A stretch of DNA of 64,000 nucleotides from Auanema rhodensis (taxonomy: Eukaryota > Animalia > Nematoda). Below the pieces are notes generated by a model. That model saw only the letters and a list, made by a program, of their open reading frames with translations, was not told the origin of the DNA and did not search any database. Below, piece by piece: positions 25,765 to 40,700 of this stretch; position 1 is the stretch's first letter, and each line of letters starts with the position of its first letter. The stretch is taken from the NCBI GenBank assembly GCA_964057225.1, contig OZ059899.1, positions 620,001 through 684,000 of the forward strand, written 5' to 3'. Both the position numbers and the translations under genes were made by a program.

Positions 25765-28700
25765 CTTTTGACTGTTTTTAGACCCATCACGTGTACATTT
25801 AATTAGCATAAATTAAAGTTCACGTAAATTTCAAAGTCATGGTTACCATGAACCAATATCAATAAAAATTTGTTTTTAGACTAATATGGACATGGGGAAT
25901 CTAATTTTGAAAACCGCATCTCTTTATCTTTCACGTGAAGCGAGTTACATACCAAGTGCACATCACGTGTACATTTAATTAGCATAAATTAAAGTTCACG
26001 TAAATTTCAAAGTCATGGTTACCATGAACCAATATCAATAAAAATTTGTTTTTAGACTAATATGGACATGGGGAATCTAATTTTGAAAACCGCATCTCTT
26101 TATCTTTCACGTGAAGCGAGTTACATACCAAGTGCACATCACGTGTACATTTAATTAGCATAAATTAAAGTTCACGTAAATTTCAAAGTCATGGTTACCA
26201 TGAACCAATATCAATAAAAATTTGTTTTTAGACTAATATGGACATGGGGAATCTAATTTTGAAAACCGCATCTCTTTATCTTTCACGTGAAGCGAGTTAC
26301 ATACCAAGTGCACATCACGTGTACATTTAATTAGCATAAATTAAAGTTCACGTAAATTTCAAAGTCATGGTTACCATGAACCAATATCAATAAAAATTTG
26401 TTTTTAGACTAATATGGACATGGGGAATCTAATTTTGAAAACCGCATCTCTTTATCTTTCACGTGAAGCGAGTTACATACCAAGTGCACATCACGTGTAC
26501 ATTTAATTAGCATAAATTAAAGTTCACGTAAATTTCAAAGTCATGGTTACCATGAACCAATATCAATAAAAATTTGTTTTTAGACTAATATGGACATGGG
26601 GAATCTAATTTTGAAAACCGCATCTCTTTATCTTTCACGTGAAGCGAGTTACATACCAAGTGCACATCACGTGTACATTTAATTAGCATAAATTAAAGTT
26701 CACGTAAATTTCAAAGTCATGGTTACCATGCACCAATATCAATAAAAATTTGTTTTTAGACTACTTTTGACTGTTTTTAGACCCATCACGTGTACATTTA
26801 ATTAGCATAAATTAAAGTTCACGTAAATTTCAAAGTCATGGTTACCATGAACCAATATCAATAAAAATTTGTTTTTAGACTAATATGGACATGGGGAATC
26901 TAATTTTGAAAACCGCATCTCTTTATCTTTCACGTGAAGCGAGTTACATACCAAGTGCACATCACGTGTACATTTAATTAGCATAAATTAAAGTTCACGT
27001 AAATTTCAAAGTCATGGTTACCATGAACCAATATCAATAAAAATTTGTTTTTAGACTAATATGGACATGGGGAATCTAATTTTGAAAACCGCATCTCTTT
27101 ATCTTTCACGTGAAGCGAGTTACATACCAAGTGCACATCACGTGTACATTTAATTAGCATAAATTAAAGTTCACGTAAATTTCAAAGTCATGGTTACCAT
27201 GAACCAATATCAATAAAAATTTGTTTTTAGACTAATATGGACATGGGGAATCTAATTTTGAAAACCGCATCTCTTTATCTTTCACGTGAAGCGAGTTACA
27301 TACCAAGTGCACATCACGTGTACATTTAATTAGCATAAATTAAAGTTCACGTAAATTTCAAAGTCATGGTTACCATGAACCAATATCAATAAAAATTTGT
27401 TTTTAGACTAATATGGACATGGGGAATCTAATTTTGAAAACCGCATTTCTTTATCTTTCACGTGAAGCGAGTTACATACCAAGTGCACATCACGTGTACA
27501 TTTAATTAGCATAAATTAAAGTTCACGTAAATTTCAAAGTCATGGTTACCATGCACCAATATCAATAAAAATTTGTTTTTAGACTAATATGGACATGGGG
27601 AATCTAATTTTGAAAACCGCATCTCTTTATCTTTCACGTGAAGCGAGTTACATACCAAGTGCACATCACGTGTACATTTAATTAGCATAAATTAAAGTTC
27701 ACGTAAATTTCAAAGTCATGGTTACCATGAACCAATATCAATAAAAATTTGTTTTTAGACTAATATGGACATGGGGAATCTAATTTTGAAAACCGCATCT
27801 CTTTATCTTTCACGTGAAGCGAGTTACATACCAAGTGCACATCACGTGTACATTTAATTAGCATAAATTAAAGTTCACGTAAATTTCAAAGTCATGGTTA
27901 CCATGAACCAATATCAATAAAAATTTGTTTTTAGACTAATATGGACATGGGGAATCTAATTTTGAAAACCGCATCTCTTTATCTTTCACGTGAAGCGAGT
28001 TACATACCAAGTGCACATCACGTGTACATTTAATTAGCATAAATTAAAGTTCACGTAAATTTCAAAGTCATGGTTACCATGCACCAATATCAATAAAAAT
28101 TTGTTTTTAGACTACTTTTGACTGTTTTTAGACCCATCACGTGTACATTTAATTAGCATAAATTAAAGTTCACGTAAATTTCAAAGTCATGGTTACCATG
28201 AACCAATATCAATAAAAATTTGTTTTTAGACTAATATGGACATGGGGAATCTAATTTTGAAAACCGCATCTCTTTATCTTTCACGTGAAGCGAGTTACAT
28301 ACCAAGGGCACATCACGTGTACATTTAATTAGCATAAATTAAAGTTCACGTAAATTTCAAAGTCATGGTTACCATGAACCAATATCAATAAAAATTTGTT
28401 TTCAGACTAATATGGACATGGGGAATCTAATTATGAAAACCGCATCTCTTTATCTTTCACGTGAAGCGAGTTACATACCAAGTGCACATCACGTGTACAT
28501 TTAATTAGCATAAATCAAAGTTCACGTAAATTTCAAAGTCATGGTTACCATGAACCAATATCAATAAAAATTTGTTTTTAGACTAATATGGACATGGGGA
28601 ATCTAATTTTGAAAACCGCATCTTTTTATCTTTCACGTGAAGCGAGTTACATACCAAGTGCACATCACGTGTACATTTAATTAGCATAAATTAAAGTTCA

Positions 28701-31700
28701 CGTAAATTTCAAAGTCATGGTTACCATGCACCAATATCAATAAAAATTTGTTTTTAGACTAATATGGACATGGGGAATCTAATTTTGAAAACCGCATCTC
28801 TTTATCTTTCACGTGAAGCGAGTTACATACCAAGTGCACATCACGTGTACATTTAATTAGCATAAATTAAAGTTCACGTAAATTTCAAAGTCATGGTTAC
28901 CATGAACCAATATCAATTAATATTTGTTTTTAGACTAATATGGACATGGGGAATCTAATTTTGAAAACCGCATCTCTTTATCTTTCACGTGAAGCGAGTT
29001 ACATACCAAGTGCACATCACGTGTACATTTAATTAGCATAAATTAAAGTACACGTAAATTTCAAAGTCATGGTTACCATGAACCAATATCAATAAAAATT
29101 TGTTTTTAGACTAATATGGACATAGGGAATCTAATTTTGAAAACCGCATCTCTTTATCTTTCACGTGAAGCGAGTTACATACCAAGTGCACATCACGTGT
29201 ACATTTAATTAGCATAAATTAAAGTTCACGTAAATTTCAAAGTCATGGTTACCATGAACCAATATCAATAAAAATTTGTTTTTAGGCTAATATGGACATG
29301 GGGAATCTAATTTTGAAAACCGCATCTCTTTATCTTTCACGTGAAGCGAGTTACATACCAAGTGCACATCACGTGTACATTTAATTAGCATAAATTAAAG
29401 TTCACGTAAATTTCAAAGTCATGGTTACCATGAACCAATATCAATAAAAATTTGTTTTTAGACTAATATGGACATGGGGAATCTAATTTTGAAAACCGCA
29501 TTTCTTTATCTTTCACGTGAAGCGAGTTACATACCAAGTGCACATCACGTGTACATTTAATTAGCATAAATTAAAGTTCACGTAAATTTCAAAGTCATGG
29601 TTACCATGCACCAATATCAATAAAAATTTGTTTTTAGACTAATATGGACATGGGGAATCTAATTTTGAAAACCGCATTTCTTTATCTTTCACGTGAAGCG
29701 AGTTACATACCAAGTGCACATCACGTGTACATTTAATTAGCATAAATTAAAGTTCACGTAAATTTCAAAGTCATGGTTACCATGCACCAATATCAATAAA
29801 AATTTGTTTTTAGACTAATATGGACATGGGGAATCTAATTTTGAAAACCGCATCTCTTTATCTTTCACGTGAAGCGAGTTACATACCAAGTGCACATCAC
29901 GTGTACATTTAATTAGCATAAATCAAAGTTCACGTAAATTTCAAAGTCATGGTTACCATGAACCAATATCAATAAAAATTTGTTTTTAGACTAATATGGA
30001 CATGGGGAATCTAATTTTGAAAACCGCATCTTTTTATCTTTCACGTGAAGCGAGTTACATACCAAGTGCACATCACGTGTACATTTAATTAGCATAAATT
30101 AAAGTTCACGTAAATTTCAAAGTCATGGTTACCATGCACCAATATCAATAAAAATTTGTTTTTAGACTAATATGGACATAGGGAATCTAATTTTGAAAAC
30201 CGCATCTCTTTATCTTTCACGTGAAGCGAGTTACATACCAAGTGCACATCACGTGTACATTTAATTAGCATAAATTAAAGTTCACGTAAATTTCAAAGTC
30301 ATGGTTACCATGAACCAATATCAATAAAAATTTGTTTTTAGACTAATATGGACATGGGGAATCTAATTTTGAAAACCGCATCTCTTTATCTTTCACGTGA
30401 AGCGAGTTACATACCAAGGGCACATCACGTGTACATTTAATTAGCATAAATTAAAGTTCACGTAAATTTCAAAGTCATGGTTACCATGAACCAATATCAA
30501 TAAAAATTTGTTTTTAGACTAATATGGACATGGGGAATCTAATTATGAAAACCGCATCTCTTTATCTTTCACGTGAAGCGAGTTACATACCAAGTGCACA
30601 TCACGTGTACATTTAATTAGCATAAATCAAAGTTCACGTAAATTTCAAAGTCATGGTTACCATGAACCAATATCAATAAAAATTTGTTTTTAGACTAATA
30701 TGGACATGGGGAATCTAATTTTGAAAACCGCATCTTTTTATCTTTCACGTGAAGCGAGTTACATACCAAGTGCACATCACGTGTACATTTAATTAGCATA
30801 AATTAAAGTTCACGTAAATTTCAAAGTCATGGTTACCATGCACCAATATCAATAAAAATTTGTTTTTAGACTAATATGGACATGGGGAATCTAATTTTGA
30901 AAACCGCATCTCTTTATCTTTCACGTGAAGCGAGTTACATACCAAGTGCACATCACGTGTACATTTAATTAGCATAAATTAAAGTTCACGTAAATTTCAA
31001 AGTCATGGTTACCATGAACCAATATCAATTAATATTTGTTTTTAGACTAATATGGACATGGGGAATCTAATTTTGAAAACCGCATCTCTTTATCTTTCAC
31101 GTGAAGCGAGTTACATACCAAGTGCACATCACGTGTACATTTAATTAGCATAAATTAAAGTACACGTAAATTTCAAAGTCATGGTTACCATGAACCAATA
31201 TCAATAAAAATTTGTTTTTAGACTAATATGGACATAGGGAATCTAATTTTGAAAACCGCATCTCTTTATCTTTCACGTGAAGCGAGTTACATACCAAGTG
31301 CACATCACGTGTACATTTAATTAGCATAAATTAAAGTTCACGTAAATTTCAAAGTCATGGTTACCATGAACCAATATCAATAAAAATTTGTTTTTAGGCT
31401 AATATGGACATGGGGAATCTAATTTTGAAAACCGCATCTCTTTATCTTTCACGTGAAGCGAGTTACATACCAAGTGCACATCACGTGTACATTTAATTAG
31501 CATAAATTAAAGTTCACGTAAATTTCAAAGTCATGGTTACCATGAACCAATATCAATAAAAATTTGTTTTTAGACTAATATGGACATGGGGAATCTAATT
31601 TTGAAAACCGCATTTCTTTATCTTTCACGTGAAGCGAGTTACATACCAAGTGCACATCACGTGTACATTTAATTAGCATAAATTAAAGTTCACGTAAATT

Positions 31701-34700
31701 TCAAAGTCATGGTTACCATGCACCAATATCAATAAAAATTTGTTTTTAGACTAATATGGACATGGGGAATCTAATTTTGAAAACCGCATTTCTTTATCTT
31801 TCACGTGAAGCGAGTTACATACCAAGTGCACATCACGTGTACATTTAATTAGCATAAATTAAAGTTCACGTAAATTTCAAAGTCATGGTTACCATGCACC
31901 AATATCAATAAAAATTTGTTTTTAGACTAATATGGACATGGGGAATCTAATTTTGAAAACCGCATCTCTTTATCTTTCACGTGAAGCGAGTTACATACCA
32001 AGTGCACATCACGTGTACATTTAATTAGCATAAATCAAAGTTCACGTAAATTTCAAAGTCATGGTTACCATGAACCAATATCAATAAAAATTTGTTTTTA
32101 GACTAATATGGACATGGGGAATCTAATTTTGAAAACCGCATCTTTTTATCTTTCACGTGAAGCGAGTTACATACCAAGTGCACATCACGTGTACATTTAA
32201 TTAGCATAAATTAAAGTTCACGTAAATTTCAAAGTCATGGTTACCATGCACCAATATCAATAAAAATTTGTTTTTAGACTAATATGGACATGGGGAATCT
32301 AATTTTGAAAACCGCATCTCTTTATCTTTCACGTGAAGCGAGTTACATACCAAGTGCACATCACGTGTACATTTAATTAGCATAAATTAAAGTTCACGTA
32401 AATTTCAAAGTCATGGTTACCATGAACCAATATCAATTAATATTTGTTTTTAGACTAATATGGACATGGGGAATCTAATTTTGAAAACCGCATCTCTTTA
32501 TCTTTCACGTGAAGCGAGTTACATACCAAGTGCACATCACGTGTACATTTAATTAGCATAAATTAAAGTACACGTAAATTTCAAAGTCATGGTTACCATG
32601 AACCAATATCAATAAAAATTTGTTTTTAGACTAATATGGACATAGGGAATCTAATTTTGAAAACCGCATCTCTTTATCTTTCACGTGAAGCGAGTTACAT
32701 ACCAAGTGCACATCACGTGTACATTTAATTAGCATAAATTAAAGTTCACGTAAATTTCAAAGTCATGGTTACCATGAACCAATATCAATAAAAATTTGTT
32801 TTTAGACTAATATGGACATGGGGAATCTAATTTTGAAAACCGCATCTCTTTATCTTTCACGTGAAGCGAGTTACATACCAAGTGCACATCACGTGTACAT
32901 TTAATTAGCATAAATTAAAGTTCACGTAAATTTCAAAGTCATGGTTACCATGAACCAATATCAATAAAAATTTGTTTTTAGACTAATATGGACATGGGGA
33001 ATCTAATTTTGAAAACCGCATTTCTTTATCTTTCACGTGAAGCGAGTTACATACCAAGTGCACATCACGTGTACATTTAATTAGCATAAATTAAAGTTCA
33101 CGTAAATTTCAAAGTCATGGTTACCATGCACCAATATCAATAAAAATTTGTTTTTAGACTAATATGGACATGGGGAATCTAATTTTGAAAACCGCATCTC
33201 TTTATCTTTCACGTGAAGCGAGTTACATACCAAGTGCACATCACGTGTACATTTAATTAGCATAAATTAAAGTTCACGTAAATTTCAAAGTCATGGTTAC
33301 CATGAACCAATATCAATAAAAATTTGTTTTTAGACTAATATGGACATGGGGAATCTAATTTTGAAAACCGCATCTCTTTATCTTTCACGTGAAGCGAGTT
33401 ACATACCAAGTGCACATCACGTGTACATTTAATTAGCATAAATTAAAGTTCACGTAAATTTCAAAGTCATGGTTACCATGCACCAATATCAATAAAAATT
33501 TGTTTTTAGACTACTTTTGACTGTTTTTAGACCCATCACGTGTACATTTAATTAGCATAAATTAAAGTTCACGTAAATTTCAAAGTCATGGTTACCATGA
33601 ACCAATATCAATAAAAATTTGTTTTTAGACTAATATGGACATGGGGAATCTAATTTTGAAAACCGCATCTCTTTATCTTTCACGTGAAGCGAGTTACATA
33701 CCAAGTGCACATCACGTGTACATTTAATTAGCATAAATTAAAGTTCACGTAAATTTCAAAGTCATGGTTACCATGAACCAATATCAATAAAAATTTGTTT
33801 TTAGACTAATATGGACATGGGGAATCTAATTTTGAAAACCGCATCTCTTTATCTTTCACGTGAAGCGAGTTACATACCAAGTGCACATCACGTGTACATT
33901 TAATTAGCATAAATCAAAGTTCACGTGAATTTCAAAGTCATGGTTACCATGAACCAATATCAATAAAAATTTGTTTTTAGACTAATATGGACATGGGGAA
34001 TCTAATTTTGAAAACCGCATCTTTTTATCTTTCACGTGAAGCGAGTTACATACCAAGTGCACATCACGTGTACATTTAATTAGCATAAATTAAAGTTCAC
34101 GTAAATTTCAAAGTCATGGTTACCATGCACCAATATCAATAAAAATTTGTTTTTAGACTAATATGGACATGGGGAATCTAATTTTGAAAACCGCATCTCT
34201 TTATCTTTCACGTGAAGCGAGTTACATACCAAGTGCACATCACGTGTACATTTAATTAGCATAAATTAAAGTTCACGTAAATTTCAAAGTCATGGTTACC
34301 ATGAACCAATATCAATAAAAATTTGTTTTTAGACTAATATGGACATGGGGAATCTAATTTTGAAAACCGCATCTCTTTATCTTTCACGTGAAGCGAGTTA
34401 CATACCAAGTGCACATCACGTGTACATTTAATTAGCATAAATTAAAGTTCACGTAAATTTCAAAGTCATGGTTACCATGAACCAATATCAATAAAAATTT
34501 GTTTTTAGACTAATATGGACATGGGGAATCTAATTTTGAAAACCGCATCTCTTTATCTTTCACGTTAAGCGAGTTACATACCAAGAGCACATCACGTGTA
34601 CATTTAATTAGCATAAATTAAAGTTCACGTAAATTTCAAAGTCATGGTTACCATGAACCAATATCAATAAAAATTTGTTTTTAGACTAATATGGACATGG

Positions 34701-37700
34701 GGAATCTAATTTTGAAAACCGCATCTCTTTATCTTTCACGTGAAGCGAGTTACATACCAAGTGCACATCACGTGTACATTTAATTAGCATAAATTAAAGT
34801 TCACGTAAATTTCAAAGTCATGGTTACCATGAACCAATATCAATAAAAATTTGTTTTTAGACTAATATGGACATGGGGAATCTAATTTTGAAAACCGCAT
34901 TTCTTTATCTTTCACGTGAAGCGAGTTACATACCAAGTGCACATCACGTGTACATTTAATTAGCATAAATTAAAGTTCACGTAAATTTCAAAGTCATGGT
35001 TACCATGAACCAATATCAATAAAAATTTGTTTTTAGACTAATATGGACATGGGGAATCTAATTTTGAAAACCGCATCTCTTTATCTTTCACGTGAAGCGA
35101 GTTACATACCAAGTGCACATCACGTGTACATTTAATTCGCATAAATTAAAGTTCACGTAAATTTCAAAGTCATGGTTACCATGCACCAATATCAATAAAA
35201 ATTTGTTTTTAGACTAATATGGACATGGGGAATCTAATTTTGAAAACCGCATTTCTTTATCTTTCACGTGAAGCGAGTTACATACCAAGTGCACATCACG
35301 TGTACATTTAATTAGCATAAATTAAAGTTCACGTAAATTTCAAAGTCATGGTTACCATGCACCAATATCAATAAAAATTTGTTTTTAGACTAATATGGAC
35401 ATGGGGAATCTAATTTTGAAAACCGCATCTCTTTATCTTTCACGTGAAGCGAGTTACATACCAAGTGCACATCACGTGTACATTTAATTAGCATAAATCA
35501 AAGTTCACGTAAATTTCAAAGTCATGGTTACCATGAACCAATATCAATAAAAATTTGTTTTTAGACTAATATGGACATGGGGAATCTAATTTTGAAAACC
35601 GCATCTTTTTATCTTTCACGTGAAGCGAGTTACATACCAAGTGCACATCACGTGTACATTTAATTAGCATAAATTAAAGTTCACGTAAATTTCAAAGTCA
35701 TGGTTACCATGCACCAATATCAATAAAAATTTGTTTTTAGACTAATATGGACATGGGGAATCTAATTTTGAAAACCGCATCTCTTTATCTTTCACGTGAA
35801 GCGAGTTACATACCAAGTGCACATCACGTGTACATTTAATTAGCATAAATTAAAGTTCACGTAAATTTCAAAGTCATGGTTACCATGAACCAATATCAAT
35901 AAAAATTTGTTTTTAGACTAATATGGACATGGGGAATCTAATTTTGAAAACCGCATCTCTTTATCTTTCACGTGAAGCGAGTTACATACCAAGTGCACAT
36001 CACGTGTACATTTAATTAGCATAAATTAAAGTTCACGTAAATTTCAAAGTCATGGTTACCATGCACCAATATCAATAAAAATTTGTTTTTAGACTACTTT
36101 TGACTGTTTTTAGACCCATCACGTGTACATTTAATTAGCATAAATTAAAGTTCACGTAAATTTCAAAGTCATGGTTACCATGAACCAATATCAATAAAAA
36201 TTTGTTTTTAGACTAATATGGACATGGGGAATCTAATTTTGAAAACCGCATCTCTTTATCTTTCACGTGAAGCGAGTTACATACCAAGTGCACATCACGT
36301 GTACATTTAATTAGCATAAATTAAAGTTCACGTAAATTTCAAAGTCATGGTTACCATGAACCAATATCAATAAAAATTTGTTTTTAGACTAATATGGACA
36401 TGGGGAATCTAATTTTGAAAACCGCATCTCTTTATCTTTCACGTGAAGCGAGTTACATACCAAGTGCACATCACGTGTACATTTAATTAGCATAAATCAA
36501 AGTTCACGTGAATTTCAAAGTCATGGTTACCATGAACCAATATCAATAAAAATTTGTTTTTAGACTAATATGGACATGGGGAATCTAATTTTGAAAACCG
36601 CATCTTTTTATCTTTCACGTGAAGCGAGTTACATACCAAGTGCACATCACGTGTACATTTAATTAGCATAAATTAAAGTTCACGTAAATTTCAAAGTCAT
36701 GGTTACCATGCACCAATATCAATAAAAATTTGTTTTTAGACTAATATGGACATGGGGAATCTAATTTTGAAAACCGCATCTCTTTATCTTTCACGTGAAG
36801 CGAGTTACATACCAAGTGCACATCACGTGTACATTTAATTAGCATAAATTAAAGTTCACGTAAATTTCAAAGTCATGGTTACCATGAACCAATATCAATA
36901 AAAATTTGTTTTTAGACTAATATGGACATGGGGAATCTAATTTTGAAAACCGCATCTCTTTATCTTTCACGTGAAGCGAGTTACATACCAAGTGCACATC
37001 ACGTGTACATTTAATTAGCATAAATTAAAGTTCACGTAAATTTCAAAGTCATGGTTACCATGAACCAATATCAATAAAAATTTGTTTTTAGACTAATATG
37101 GACATGGGGAATCTAATTTTGAAAACCGCATCTCTTTATCTTTCACGTTAAGCGAGTTACATACCAAGAGCACATCACGTGTACATTTAATTAGCATAAA
37201 TTAAAGTTCACGTAAATTTCAAAGTCATGGTTACCATGAACCAATATCAATAAAAATTTGTTTTTAGACTAATATGGACATGGGGAATCTAATTTTGAAA
37301 ACCGCATCTCTTTATCTTTCACGTGAAGCGAGTTACATACCAAGTGCACATCACGTGTACATTTAATTAGCATAAATTAAAGTTCACGTAAATTTCAAAG
37401 TCATGGTTACCATGAACCAATATCAATAAAAATTTGTTTTTAGACTAATATGGACATGGGGAATCTAATTTTGAAAACCGCATCTCTTTATCTTTCACGT
37501 GAAGCGAGTTACATACCAAGTGCACATCACGTGTACATTTAATTAGCATAAATTAAAGTTCACGTAAATTTCAAAGTCATGGTTACCATGAACCAATATC
37601 AATAAAAATTTGTTTTTAGACTAATATGGACATGGGGAATCTAATTTTGAAAACCGCATCTCTTTATCTTTCACGTGAAGCGAGTTACATACCAAGTGCA

Positions 37701-40700
37701 CATCACGTGTACATTTAATTAGCATAAATTAAAGTTCACGTAAATTTCAAAGTCATGGTTACCATGAACCAATATCAATAAAAATTTGTTTTTAGACTAA
37801 TATGGACATGGGGAATCTAATTTTGAAAACCGCATCTCTTTATCTTTCACGTGAAGCGAGTTACATACCAAGTGCACATCACGTGTACATTTAATTAGCA
37901 TAAATCAAAGTTCACGTAAATTTCAAAGTCATGGTTACCATGAACCAATATCAATAAAAATTTGTTTTTAGACTAATATGGACATGGGGAATCTAATTTT
38001 GAAAACCGCATTTCTTTATCTTTCACGTGAAGCGAGTTACATACCAAGTGCACATCACGTGTACATTTAATTAGCATAAATTAAAGTTCACGTAAATTTC
38101 AAAGTCATGGTTACCATGCACCAATATCAATAAAAATTTGTTTTTAGACTAATATGGACATGGGGAATCTAATTTTGAAAACCGCATCTCTTTATCTTTC
38201 ACGTGAAGCGAGTTACATACCAAGTGCACATCACGTGTACATTTAATTAGCATAAATTAAAGTTCACGTAAATTTCAAAGTCATGGTTACCATGAACCAA
38301 TATCAATAAAAATTTGTTTTTAGACTAATATGGACATGGGGAATCTAATTTTGAAAACCGCATCTCTTTATCTTTCACGTGAAGCGAGTTACATACCAAG
38401 TGCACATCACGTGTACATTTAATTAGCATAAATTAAAGTTCACGTAAATTTCAAAGTCATGGTTACCATGCACCAATATCAATAAAAATTTGTTTTTAGA
38501 CTACTTTTGACTGTTTTTAGACCCATCACGTGTACATTTAATTAGCATAAATTAAAGTTCACGTAAATTTCAAAGTCATGGTTACCATGAACCAATATCA
38601 ATAAAAATTTGTTTTTAGACTAATATGGACATGGGGAATCTAATTTTGAAAACCGCATCTCTTTATCTTTCACGTGAAGCGAGTTACATACCAAGTGCAC
38701 ATCACGTGTACATTTAATTAGCATAAATTAAAGTTCACGTAAATTTCAAAGTCATGGTTACCATGAACCAATATCAATAAAAATTTGTTTTTAGACTAAT
38801 ATGGACATGGGGAATCTAATTTTGAAAACCGCATCTCTTTATCTTTCACGTGAAGCGAGTTACATACCAAGTGCACATCACGTGTACATTTAATTAGCAT
38901 AAATCAAAGTTCACGTGAATTTCAAAGTCATGGTTACCATGAACCAATATCAATAAAAATTTGTTTTTAGACTAATATGGACATGGGGAATCTAATTTTG
39001 AAAACCGCATCTTTTTATCTTTCACGTGAAGCGAGTTACATACCAAGTGCACATCACGTGTACATTTAATTAGCATAAATTAAAGTTCACGTAAATTTCA
39101 AAGTCATGGTTACCATGCACCAATATCAATAAAAATTTGTTTTTAGACTAATATGGACATGGGGAATCTAATTTTGAAAACCGCATCTCTTTATCTTTCA
39201 CGTGAAGCGAGTTACATACCAAGTGCACATCACGTGTACATTTAATTAGCATAAATTAAAGTTCACGTAAATTTCAAAGTCATGGTTACCATGAACCAAT
39301 ATCAATAAAAATTTGTTTTTAGACTAATATGGACATGGGGAATCTAATTTTGAAAACCGCATCTCTTTATCTTTCACGTGAAGCGAGTTACATACCAAGT
39401 GCACATCACGTGTACATTTAATTAGCATAAATTAAAGTTCACGTAAATTTCAAAGTCATGGTTACCATGAACCAATATCAATAAAAATTTGTTTTTAGAC
39501 TAATATGGACATGGGGAATCTAATTTTGAAAACCGCATCTCTTTATCTTTCACGTTAAGCGAGTTACATACCAAGAGCACATCACGTGTACATTTAATTA
39601 GCATAAATTAAAGTTCACGTAAATTTCAAAGTCATGGTTACCATGAACCAATATCAATAAAAATTTGTTTTTAGACTAATATGGACATGGGGAATCTAAT
39701 TTTGAAAACCGCATCTCTTTATCTTTCACGTGAAGCGAGTTACATACCAAGTGCACATCACGTGTACATTTAATTAGCATAAATTAAAGTTCACGTAAAT
39801 TTCAAAGTCATGGTTACCATGAACCAATATCAATAAAAATTTGTTTTTAGACTAATATGGACATGGGGAATCTAATTTTGAAAACCGCATCTCTTTATCT
39901 TTCACGTGAAGCGAGTTACATACCAAGTGCACATCACGTGTACATTTAATTAGCATAAATTAAAGTTCACGTAAATTTCAAAGTCATGGTTACCATGAAC
40001 CAATATCAATAAAAATTTGTTTTTAGACTAATATGGACATGGGGAATCTAATTTTGAAAACCGCATCTCTTTATCTTTCACGTGAAGCGAGTTACATACC
40101 AAGTGCACATCACGTGTACATTTAATTAGCATAAATTAAAGTTCACGTAAATTTCAAAGTCATGGTTACCATGAACCAATATCAATAAAAATTTGTTTTT
40201 AGACTAATATGGACATGGGGAATCTAATTTTGAAAACCGCATCTCTTTATCTTTCACGTGAAGCGAGTTACATACCAAGTGCACATCACGTGTACATTTA
40301 ATTAGCATAAATTAAAGTTCACGTAAATTTCAAAGTCATGGTTACCATGCACCAATATCAATAAAAATTTGTTTTTAGACTACTTTTGACTGTTTTTAGA
40401 CCCATCACGTGTACATTTAATTAGCATAAATTAAAGTTCACGTAAATTTCAAAGTCATGGTTACCATGAACCAATATCAATAAAAATTTGTTTTTAGACT
40501 AATATGGACATGGGGAATCTAATTTTGAAAACCGCATCTCTTTATCTTTCACGTGAAGCGAGTTACATACCAAGGGCACATCACGTGTACATTTAATTAG
40601 CATAAATTAAAGTTCACGTAAATTTCAAAGTCATGGTTACCATGAACCAATATCAATAAAAATTTGTTTTCAGACTAATATGGACATGGGGAATCTAATT

